Origin: a virus
Strand: one strand, 5' to 3'
Virus record (IMG/VR): IMGVR_UViG_3300012964_000001
Location: 1-64,000 of that record
Length of the DNA stretch: 64,000 bases
Both the position numbers and the translations under genes were made by a program. Position 1 is the stretch's first letter, and every line of letters begins with the position of its first letter. Positions 46,767 through 55,020 of the stretch are shown one piece after another. Below the pieces are notes generated by a model. The model had not been told where the DNA came from and made no database searches. It worked only from the letters and a program-made list of their open reading frames with translations.

Positions 46767-46967
46767 ATGAAAATCACCATCACGCCCAGTGCCGAATTCG
46801 TTGAGCTGAACGGAGCCCCGTGCCGCATCTGGACCGGTAAAACCCATCGCGGCATTCCAGTCACGCTTTACGTTACCAGGGTCCAAGTCGACCGAGACCT
46901 CGACCAGGACGAGTTCTTGCGGGAACTCGTCGAGACCGACCCTCCCAAGATCCAGCCGCCACAATGA
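46767..46967 (+). CDS. hypothetical small protein (66 aa)
   Basis: Co-oriented ATG ORF. Confidence 0.4.
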   Translation: MKITITPSAEFVELNGAPCRIWTGKTHRGIPVTLYVTRVQVDRDLDQDEFLRELVETDPPKIQPPQ

Positions 46968-47119
46968 CTGTCTTGCCATTGGTTCCCTGGGGTGCTACAG
47001 AAAGTGAGCCCGCGGCGCGTCAACGCCCGGGCTCAGGCCCCAGCGACTCCGTAAGAGTCCAGTGGGGCAAGAAGACGAATAGCAGCCGGCCGGGCTGCTA
47101 GCAAGAAGCGAGGGAAACC

Positions 47120-50100
47120 ATGATCCGTGTCGTACAGTTGTCTGATTCCCATTTTCAGCAGAATCGTCGATTCGACGAGTGCATTCGGATGCATGACCTC
47201 ATCGCCGAGCACGTTGAGCGATCGAAGCCTGACTTGGTGGTCCACAGCGGCGAGCTCTATGATCGTCCATCGACACCGCGGGAGCGTGAGGCTGTCGCTG
47301 AATGGGTCCAGCGCATTGCCACGGTCTGCCCGATTGCAATAGTCCGCGGAAACCCGGTTCACGAGGCCGCACAAGAAACCGAGCATCTACGGCGTCTGAG
47401 CTCTACACATCGGATCTTGGCGGTCGAGACGCCCATGATGATGACCCTAGGGGGTGTCGAGCTCTGCATGTTCCCTGCACCGACCAAGTCGGGTGTGCTC
47501 ACGGCCATCGGCCAGATCGGGATCGAACAGGTCAACCAGGTAACCTCCGAGGCGATGCAGAGCCTTTTGAGATGGATGGGAGACAAAGCTACATCGATAG
47601 GTCTTCCACGCATGTTCGTCGGCCATATGATGGTTCGTGGCTCTCGGACAAGCCATGGGCAGGAACTCATCGGGGCCGACTTAGAGCTAGGTCTAGAAGA
47701 CCTGGAACTGGCGAACTGCGATGCATACGCACTCGGCCATATCCATCTTCACCAAACCTTCGAGGCGTTCGGAAAGCCGATTGTCGCCTATTCAGGGAGT
47801 CCATACAGAACCTCTTGGGGAGAGACCGAAGACAAGGGGTTCATCGACTGGATGTTCAAAGAAACGCTCGATGGTTGGCGTGCAGAGTGGAAGTTCATCA
47901 AGCTACCGGCGACCCGGATGCTGCTCATCGAGCCCGAATGGTCCGGAGACGATTGGGCTCCGGGTCCCGGGTGTCCGACCCTGATGGATCCCGTGGAGGG
48001 ATCAGAAGTCCGTCTGCGCTACCGGTGTGAGAGCTCGCAGCGCACCCAGGCCGCCGCAGGGGCCGCCAAGCTACGGGACGAGCTTCTGTCCCGGGGAGCC
48101 GTCTTGGTGAAGCTTGAGCCCATCATCGAGGTCCACAACGCCGCGCGCGCCCCCGAGATTGCGCTGGCGCGCGGGATGGCCGAGAAGCTCCCGGCATTCT
48201 GGGCCGCCCGGGGTACCACCCCAGAGGAACCCCGCCGGTCCCGACTCATCGAGTTGGCAGGCCAAATCGAGGCCAATACACCCCGCCCGGTGGGCATTTC
48301 GACCGGCGCCGCCCTCCTAGACTGGATCAAGCTCCGGGGAATCGGTCCCTTCAAGGGGACGGTGGAAGTCGACTTTCGCGACCTTCCACCGGGCATCGTG
48401 GCGTTCACGGGTCGGATTGGCAGCGGGAAAACGACTCTGATGGAGGCCTACGCTGCAGCGATGTACCGCCGGCTCCCGACGTCCGAGCGGGGCCTCCTGT
48501 CCAAGATGGCCGTCTCCCGCGACGCGTTCGTGGACGTCGGCATCCAGAACGGGCAGTCCCTGCGCATCGTCCACGCCATCGATGGCGGACAGAAGACCCC
48601 CGGGTGGGAGGTCTCGGTCTATGACCGCGGGGTCGAGTCCGCGGAATCTCTCACCGGGTCGAGCAAAGTATCGGCATTCGACGAGTGGCGGGAGACCCAC
48701 ATGCTGCCCCCGGAGATCTTCCTGGCAGGGCCGTTCCAGGCCCAGGGTGCCAATGCCCTGGTTGCCGCCACGGATTCCGAGAGGGCGTCGATCATTCTCA
48801 GGGCTCTCGGACTCGAGTACTACGAGACCATGGCCGAGACGTTCCGGAAGCGCGCCAGCGCGGCCCGGGAGGAACTCGAGAAGGCCACGGCACGCGTGGA
48901 CGACGAGCGTGCCCGCGGGGGCGACGTCGCTCAGTGCGAGCAGGCGTTGGTCGACGAACGCATGGGTCTTGTCCCATCCCAATGGGCGCTCCAGGTGGCC
49001 CGAGACGCTCTCACGGCCGCCGAGCAGGCGCTCCGTGAGCACTCCAGGGACCAGGAGGCCTACCTGGAGGCCGTCGGCGCGCGCGGGGAACTCGAGTCCA
49101 AGATCCGGGACAACCGCGCCCAGTACGCCGACTTGACCGAGCGGATGACGAACAACCAGAAGCGTCTGGCTCAGAAGCCGAAGATCCAGGCCGCTGTCAA
49201 ACGCTCAGACGAGCTTCGGGTGAGCATTTCCGCTGCCGAGGCGGAGCTCGCACGGCTCACCGCCGAGCACCAGGGGCTCCAGCGGGAAGAGCTAGCTTTC
49301 CGGCAGGAATCCGCTGGTCACAAGATTTCATCCGGGTCGGCGCAAGAGCGGGCCGAGTCCGCCAAGCGGCGCCTAGGCCGAAAGCCGGAGATTGACGCCG
49401 CCGCGGCCAGCGTTCCGGGGCTTCGCTCCGCCTGGGAAGAGTCCTTGAAAGCGGCTGAGGAAACGGTGCATAGGGTCCGCGGAGACGTGGCGGCTGCCGA
49501 AGCCGAGCTCGAACGGCTGCGCGGCTTGCGGGTGGTTGGGTCAGAGGACCGCATCATCGGACTCCGCTCTGGTCTCGAACAGGTAGTGTCATTGGCAATC
49601 ATAGGGCGCGGCACCCATGAATGCGCACAGGGTACCCTGCACCGTGACGATGAGGCAGCCACGTTGGCGCTGGAACTGCCGACTCAGATCACCCGCCAAG
49701 CCGCCGAGGTCACTCGGCTCCGTAGGCTGCTGGAGACCGTCACCCAACAGTCCGGGGAGAATCGGGACGAGGCCGCGCGGGCGCTCTCCAAAGCCGAGCA
49801 ACTGGCGGCTGAGTCAAAGCACCTGGATGCCGACCAGCAGGAACTCGAGTCCGCGCTTGGAGACCTACAGCGCTACCAACAGGCCGAGCGCGCCTGCATC
49901 GCCAAGTCCACCGATACGATCCAGCGTCGCACGAAAGTCCAAGAACTACGGGACTCCCTGGAATTCACTGAGCGCTCTTCCATGGAAGAGCTTCAAAAGC
50001 TAGCACCGGTCGTCGCCTACAAGGAGCAGGCGGACAAGGCGGAGGCCCGAATCGAGCAGCTAGAACGGGAGCTTGCGCGTATCGACTCCGAGCATACCGA

Positions 50101-50845
50101 ACTCACCCAAAAACTTGCCCGAGGTCCGGCGGTGGTCCTTCCCCCTCCACCACCGCCGGATGTCTCGGGCCTACGGATTTCCGTAGGCAACGCCGAAAGC
50201 CAAGTGCAGGCCGTGACTACCGCAATCGCCCGCGCCGAGCAACGGCTTGATATGGCCCGGGAGAGCGCCGGTCGGGTCCTGGAGCTCGAGGCCGCTCGGG
50301 CACAACGGGCGGAAGCGCAGGCCGATTGTCAGCGTCTGGCTGAAGACCTCGGCAAGAAGGGTCTCCAAAGCGCCGAGATTGACGCCGTGGGTGCAGAGCT
50401 CACGGCAGACACGAACGACTTGCTTCATTCCTGCCTCGGAAGCACGTTTACGGTCTCGGTGGAGACAACCCGCACCGTTGACAAGGGCAAGCGTGAGGTC
50501 GATGCCTTGCCGATTATAGTCTTCAACTCTGACGACGGATACGAAGGCGAGGTCCGGACCTACTCCGGAGGTCAGAAGGCTCTGATCGGGGAAGCGCTGG
50601 CGCTCGCGCTGACGATTCTGTCGTGCCGGCGCGCTGGAATCGACCATGGGTTGACACTCATACGTGATGAACCAACGGCATCGTTGTCCCCTGAAGATGC
50701 GCGCGCATATGTTTCTATGATGCGCGCCGCTTCCGCGATCGTTCACGCACGACACGTTCTCTGCATCACGCACAACGACGCTGTCAGTAACGCTGCAGAC
50801 GTCCAGGTGAAGGTAGCCAACGGAAGCGTGGAGGTAATCCAGTGA
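47120..50845 (+). CDS. fused SbcD-SbcC (Mre11-Rad50-like) nuclease/ATPase, 1241 aa
   Basis: The N-terminal phosphoesterase has LSDSHF, VHSGELYD, VRGNPVHE and ALGHIHLHQ. Then come Walker A FTGRIGSGKTT, a long coiled-coil, ABC signature YSGGQKALIGEALALAL, Walker B LIRDEPTASL and H-loop CITHND. Confidence 0.85.
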   Translation: MIRVVQLSDSHFQQNRRFDECIRMHDLIAEHVERSKPDLVVHSGELYDRPSTPREREAVAEWVQRIATVCPIAIVRGNPVHEAAQETEHLRRLSSTHRILAVETPMMMTLGGVELCMFPAPTKSGVLTAIGQIGIEQVNQVTSEAMQSLLRWMGDKATSIGLPRMFVGHMMVRGSRTSHGQELIGADLELGLEDLELANCDAYALGHIHLHQTFEAFGKPIVAYSGSPYRTSWGETEDKGFIDWMFKETLDGWRAEWKFIKLPATRMLLIEPEWSGDDWAPGPGCPTLMDPVEGSEVRLRYRCESSQRTQAAAGAAKLRDELLSRGAVLVKLEPIIEVHNAARAPEIALARGMAEKLPAFWAARGTTPEEPRRSRLIELAGQIEANTPRPVGISTGAALLDWIKLRGIGPFKGTVEVDFRDLPPGIVAFTGRIGSGKTTLMEAYAAAMYRRLPTSERGLLSKMAVSRDAFVDVGIQNGQSLRIVHAIDGGQKTPGWEVSVYDRGVESAESLTGSSKVSAFDEWRETHMLPPEIFLAGPFQAQGANALVAATDSERASIILRALGLEYYETMAETFRKRASAAREELEKATARVDDERARGGDVAQCEQALVDERMGLVPSQWALQVARDALTAAEQALREHSRDQEAYLEAVGARGELESKIRDNRAQYADLTERMTNNQKRLAQKPKIQAAVKRSDELRVSISAAEAELARLTAEHQGLQREELAFRQESAGHKISSGSAQERAESAKRRLGRKPEIDAAAASVPGLRSAWEESLKAAEETVHRVRGDVAAAEAELERLRGLRVVGSEDRIIGLRSGLEQVVSLAIIGRGTHECAQGTLHRDDEAATLALELPTQITRQAAEVTRLRRLLETVTQQSGENRDEAARALSKAEQLAAESKHLDADQQELESALGDLQRYQQAERACIAKSTDTIQRRTKVQELRDSLEFTERSSMEELQKLAPVVAYKEQADKAEARIEQLERELARIDSEHTELTQKLARGPAVVLPPPPPPDVSGLRISVGNAESQVQAVTTAIARAEQRLDMARESAGRVLELEAARAQRAEAQADCQRLAEDLGKKGLQSAEIDAVGAELTADTNDLLHSCLGSTFTVSVETTRTVDKGKREVDALPIIVFNSDDGYEGEVRTYSGGQKALIGEALALALTILSCRRAGIDHGLTLIRDEPTASLSPEDARAYVSMMRAASAIVHARHVLCITHNDAVSNAADVQVKVANGSVEVIQ

Positions 50846-51333
50846 CCGCGGGAGGTAGTGGAGTCACCCAATCCCACACCGTCAACTCAGAACTCACGGT
50901 CACTGTGCATTCAGACGGCACGGTCACGTGGTCGTCGGCCTACCCTATGTCAGTCGAAGAGGTTCGAAAACAGATCGCTCGACAGCGCTGCAAGTCATCG
51001 GATCGCGTAGATGAGCTCGAGCGATTGTGGTCGATGGTAAGTGCGCCCCCAACGATCTGTGGTTCATCCATTCTGGAAGCAATCAACCAGTCGTATCCTC
51101 AGCATCCCGATCTCAAGATCACCACGCTAATCGGTGTGGTCTACGTTGAACTAGCTCACGAGCTGCCGCCTAAAGACTCATCGCCATACATCGCCACCAT
51201 CGCATCGGCTCTCGAGGCCGCCGGGTACTCATGTACCCGGAGCCGCACTCGGGTCACGGTGCGCGCCCACGCCAACTCGCTTCCAGAACGCGAACCAGAC
51301 TTCGTATGCACACGATATGACCACGACTTTTGA
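50842..51333 (+). CDS. hypothetical protein (163 aa)
   Basis: 4-nt overlap with the SbcCD fusion stop. Confidence 0.55.
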   Translation: MTAGGSGVTQSHTVNSELTVTVHSDGTVTWSSAYPMSVEEVRKQIARQRCKSSDRVDELERLWSMVSAPPTICGSSILEAINQSYPQHPDLKITTLIGVVYVELAHELPPKDSSPYIATIASALEAAGYSCTRSRTRVTVRAHANSLPEREPDFVCTRYDHDF

Positions 51334-51347
51334 CGCCGGCATCCACC

Positions 51348-51935
51348 ATGCAAACGAACCCAATCCTCACCCTTCTTGAGTTGGTGGACTTCCACCTATC
51401 GACCACAGAACGTGCTCCAAAGGATCTTCCTGCAGAGGTCCAAGCTGTCGAAAAGAGACAACGAGAGCTCTTGGCGTCCAAAGAATGGCTTATGCATTTG
51501 AAGGATGCAGAATGGACCACTCCATTCAACTGCCGAGACTGCGGTGCAAAGCCAGGTGATCTTCATATACCAGGCTGCGACACAGAGACTTGCGCGATCT
51601 GCGGATGGCAGGCAATTAGCTGTCCTTGTGTCAAGAAGTTCGCACCGTCAAAACCTATCATTGACGATGAAGACGCAGACCCGACCCCAGAGATGTGGTC
51701 CGCATACGATTCGGCTGTCTCTGCCTTAGGCGGACGTATCCAATGGTCAGGATTAGCATCCGGGGTGAGAGAGTGCGTCGAGTTTGGATGGTTCGCGCGC
51801 TGGGATGAAGAGCTACAACGTCATGTAAGATGCGACTATGCTCATCCAAACGCTTTGCCAGACCTCAACCGGGTCACGCACCCATGTGGTGAAGCTAAGT
51901 GGGACAAAAAACTGCGCCGCTTCGTGAAGCGGTAG
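51348..51935 (+). CDS. Cys-rich hypothetical protein (about 195 aa; TTG 51330 alternative)
   Basis: CRDCGAKPGDLHIPGCDTETCAICGWQAISCPC is a zinc-binding-like cluster. Confidence 0.55.
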   Translation: MQTNPILTLLELVDFHLSTTERAPKDLPAEVQAVEKRQRELLASKEWLMHLKDAEWTTPFNCRDCGAKPGDLHIPGCDTETCAICGWQAISCPCVKKFAPSKPIIDDEDADPTPEMWSAYDSAVSALGGRIQWSGLASGVRECVEFGWFARWDEELQRHVRCDYAHPNALPDLNRVTHPCGEAKWDKKLRRFVKR

Positions 51936-51947
51936 CCTAGAGTCAAT

Positions 51948-52169
51948 ATGACAATCGATAGCACCTTACCCGATCCAGAGGACCAAGAAGTCTGCGCGAT
52001 CAGCGTCAACCCATCCGAATACGCCGCGATGACTGAGTTGATCGCGGGCGCGGAAGATAGCGTCTGGACCATTCTAGTAATCGCCGGCCAGCTCGTGCCT
52101 TCGGGGCAGATACGCTGCTCCTGTTCCGACGGAACTAGTGTCTGGTTGGATTGGGCTAGGACGTCATAA
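51948..52169 (+). CDS. hypothetical small protein (73 aa) directly upstream of the Cas12-like gene
   Basis: It lies 12 nt after the previous stop, and its stop is 2 nt before the next ATG. It shares a 13-nt start-region repeat with the next gene. Confidence 0.45.
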   Translation: MTIDSTLPDPEDQEVCAISVNPSEYAAMTELIAGAEDSVWTILVIAGQLVPSGQIRCSCSDGTSVWLDWARTS

Positions 52170-52171
52170 CG

Positions 52172-54094
52172 ATGAATACCATGCACACGACAATCGATAG
52201 CGCCCTCGGCGCCACCCGGAGTGGGGAAGCTACTGGCTTGACGCTCGACAATCATGACGCCCCAGTGGCGTCACACGTTGCACCCGCGAAAGCGGTAGGG
52301 CGGACTCCACCGCCCGAAGTCGAACAAGTCAAGACAGATGCCACCCAGGTAGCACCGGGGGCCCTATCGATAGTCCGTGCCACTTGTCGAATCCTGCTGG
52401 ATGTGGCGGTGCTCGCCGCAGACCGACGCGAACACATCGCCAAACGATGCGGGGGTACCGAAGGCGGGTGCAAGGCCTGCCAGCTACAGCAGGAGCTTCG
52501 GGGAGCCCAACGAGAAGCCGTTCGGGCCGCTAATGCGGCGATGCGGGTTCATTGGCGTGCCGACGCCGATATCTTGGATCAGGCGCTTCTTGCCACCGGC
52601 GCTCCGCCGGCAAAGGCCGCGGACTGGAAGCGCTTCGCCCAGATTGACCCAGAGCGGCTGGTTCGCGCGGTATCCCCGGGACTCAGCAGGGGAGAGACGA
52701 AGCTTGCAGCAGGTGAGCTTGTGAAGACCAGTAAGGCCGATAAGACCTATTTGTCGACCTATCGCCTAGTCCGTGTGATCGCCCCAGATCTCCCAGGTGG
52801 TATCGCGTCGGCCATCTCGGATTCCGTTCAGTCCAAGTGGCAGCGTGAACGGTTCGCCTCTCTGGTCCGCTGCACCAAGTCTCCACCGCACTATACGGGG
52901 ACAATGCCACTGCCGCTGCGCGCCGCCGATTGCGCACTGACCCATTGTGTGGATGATGACTACGAATTCACCTTTGCTATTCGCGGTGGCCTCGGGCACC
53001 GATGGACGCTCCCAATCTCCGCACGCGACGGTGCCACCAAGAAACGCTATCTGGCGAAGTTACTGTCCGAACTCGCTGGCTCGAACGTGAAGTTCGGAGC
53101 CTGCCAGATCTCTGAGGACCGTATGCGACCAGGTCGCTGGTTCGTCCGTATCGCCTACACCCGGCGAGTCGATGCAGCTGTCGTGGGCAAGAACGACTGC
53201 GCAATCCATCTAGGCATCGTCAACTTCATGGCTGCCTTAGGCAGCGATGGAGAACGTTTCATCATCGAGGGCAACGACATTCGGACTCACCTTGCGCAGA
53301 TCCAGGCACGCCGGAGAAGCTATCAGCGACAGATCAAATACAGCAACCGGACCGGCCGCGGTAGAGAAGCAGCGTTGGCGGCGAGTCGAAAACTAGCAGG
53401 TGCACACGAACGTTGGGTCGACACGACCATCCAACGGATCGCACGATCCATCGCAAACTGGGTCAAAGAGCACGGATACAGCCGCGTCTACATGCCGGAT
53501 TTTACCCGAGTACGGGACTCCGTCCCGGAGCTTCTAGAGCGTAGTGACTCGGTCTACCAGTGGCTCCAAGAGTGGCCATACTACCGGATGCAGCAGGCCA
53601 TACGGTCTTGCCTCGAGGAGGTAGGCATCGGTTGCAATCACGAATGCTCGGGTAGCCGAGCTAGGCCCCCCACATGCAGCTGTATCGCGGAACGTGGTAG
53701 CGGAGTAGATGATGGTGTCCTATCGCGTCATGCTTGCCCGGCATGCGGAGAGACCGAGGCGCTAATCGAAGACCTCGGGATCAGGACCTTCCGCTGCGAA
53801 AGCTGTGGTCACCATGGTCCTCTGGACGTAGTATTGGCCGAGCTAATCCTCGCTCGCGGTCGCGAGCGCCGAGGTGACTCGGACTCGCTTATAGGAGAAA
53901 ACGGCTCGAAGCTTGGACCACCAAAGGGCAAAAACGGAGGCGCTCGCAAAGCGTCACGTAAGTACCCGAAATCAAAAGGTCCTCGCCGGGCGGGGTCAGA
54001 AGAGAGTTCAGTGTGCAACGTGATTGGAGCTATGGCCCGCCGACCAGCGGCGCAGCAGCTCCTTCGTCAGAAGAGAGTTCAGTGTGCAACGTGA
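52172..54094 (+). CDS. compact TnpB/Cas12-fold CRISPR-associated effector candidate (type V-like) with non-canonical RuvC motifs; ORF runs into the array
   Basis: WED-like GRWFVRIAY. RuvC-I-like CAIHLGIVNFMAALGSDG, a helical insert, then RuvC-II-like YSRVYMPDF. Zinc ribbon CPACG...FRCESCG, followed by GPLDVVLAELILARG in place of D-x-NAA-x-NI. About 607 codons precede repeat 1, and the stop TGA 54092-54094 lies inside repeat 2. Confidence 0.75.
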   Translation: MNTMHTTIDSALGATRSGEATGLTLDNHDAPVASHVAPAKAVGRTPPPEVEQVKTDATQVAPGALSIVRATCRILLDVAVLAADRREHIAKRCGGTEGGCKACQLQQELRGAQREAVRAANAAMRVHWRADADILDQALLATGAPPAKAADWKRFAQIDPERLVRAVSPGLSRGETKLAAGELVKTSKADKTYLSTYRLVRVIAPDLPGGIASAISDSVQSKWQRERFASLVRCTKSPPHYTGTMPLPLRAADCALTHCVDDDYEFTFAIRGGLGHRWTLPISARDGATKKRYLAKLLSELAGSNVKFGACQISEDRMRPGRWFVRIAYTRRVDAAVVGKNDCAIHLGIVNFMAALGSDGERFIIEGNDIRTHLAQIQARRRSYQRQIKYSNRTGRGREAALAASRKLAGAHERWVDTTIQRIARSIANWVKEHGYSRVYMPDFTRVRDSVPELLERSDSVYQWLQEWPYYRMQQAIRSCLEEVGIGCNHECSGSRARPPTCSCIAERGSGVDDGVLSRHACPACGETEALIEDLGIRTFRCESCGHHGPLDVVLAELILARGRERRGDSDSLIGENGSKLGPPKGKNGGARKASRKYPKSKGPRRAGSEESSVCNVIGAMARRPAAQQLLRQKRVQCAT

Positions 54095-54901
54095 TTGGAG
54101 GGACCTCTACCGCGGCCGAAATTTCGACATCGATCAAGTCAGAAGAGAGTTCAGTGTGCAACGTGATTGGAGGTTGCATGAATACCGTCCAGGACGAGGC
54201 CGACCGAATGTCAGAAGAGAGTTCAGTGTGCAACGTGATTGGAGGTAGCGCGGGGCATCGCCCACCATGACGACCGGCATGGTCAGAAGAGAGTTCAGTG
54301 TGCAACGTGATTGGAGGGACATCCGCGGAGGTCGAAATCTCTGCATCTAGCAGTCAGAAGAGAGTTCAGTGTGCAACGTGATTGGAGGGAGGTGACGCCC
54401 GACGGAGTGCGGCCGGTACCCCCCGTCAGAAGAGAGTTCAGTGTGCAACGTGATTGGAGGTTCGTAATCGAGGTGGAGCACCTTCCCTTGCCGGACCGTC
54501 AGAAGAGAGTTCAGTGTGCAACGTGATTGGAGGTTGCGCCAAGCAAAGGGGACCTGGACGGCGTTCGGCTGGTCAGAAGAGAGTTCAGTGTGCAACGTGA
54601 TTGGAGGCAGGATGGAGGATGCCGCGGGCGATGGAATCGACGAGCTGTCAGAAGAGAGTTCAGTGTGCAACGTGATTGGAGGCTCGGTGGGAGCTCGTTC
54701 AGCGAGCTAAGAAGAGAATGTTAGAAGAGACTTCCATGTGCAACGTGGTTGGAGGTGGATACACTCGAGCGACCCATGCAAAATGTCGGATGGTCAGAAG
54801 AGGTTCCGGTTCCAAGGCAAAGGCCGATCGGGCTGGCGCAGTCAGAAGAGAGTTTCAGTGTGCAACGTGATTGGAGGTCCCATGTGCAACGTGAAGGGAG
54901 G
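53995..54901 (+). CRISPR. CRISPR array: 10 x 36-bp repeat GTCAGAAGAGAGTTCAGTGTGCAACGTGATTGGAGG plus decayed distal copies
   Basis: Repeats start at 53995, 54066, 54138, 54210, 54282, 54353, 54425, 54498, 54572 and 54647; only repeat 1 differs, at its last base. Spacers are unique and 35-39 bp long. Decayed copies are 54720-54755 (5 mismatches), 54793-54807 (truncated), 54841-54877 (1-nt insertion) and a 3' half-copy at 54881-54901. Confidence 0.95.
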
Positions 54902-54937
54902 CGCCCGACTCCAAGGAATCGAAGTCAAGATCTAAGC

Positions 54938-54966
54938 TTGACACGGCCGGCCGAACATCTTATTAT
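54938..54966 (+). promoter_or_regulatory. near-consensus sigma70 promoter TTGACA-17-TATTAT just downstream of the array
   Basis: TTGACA 54938-54943, a 17-nt spacer, then TATTAT 54961-54966. It is followed by hairpin CGCGGCC-AAA-GGCCGCG and the ATG at 55021. Confidence 0.55.
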
Positions 54967-55020
54967 ATGGCCATGACGCTCTGAACGCGCGGCCAAAGGC
55001 CGCGGGAAAGCCGGCCTCCG

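Noticed and set aside
52138-52160. Repeat-like string AGTGT-N7-GATTGG just upstream of the effector ATG, with the same spacing as in the CRISPR repeat, as a possible autoregulatory pseudo-repeat.
   Set aside because: Only 11 of 18 positions match, and there is no support from flanking sequence. This is too weak without a statistical scan.
53995-54719. Self-targeting spacers, meaning matches of the 10 spacers elsewhere in this window.
   Set aside because: I saw no obvious match while reading, but I could not do an exhaustive search by eye. This is an unanswered check rather than a negative result.
54013-54976. Multiple ORFs of 60-107 aa on both strands inside the CRISPR array.
   Set aside because: They are translations of the repeat (recurring SEESSVCNVIGG / RREFSVQRDWR peptides) and are not genes.
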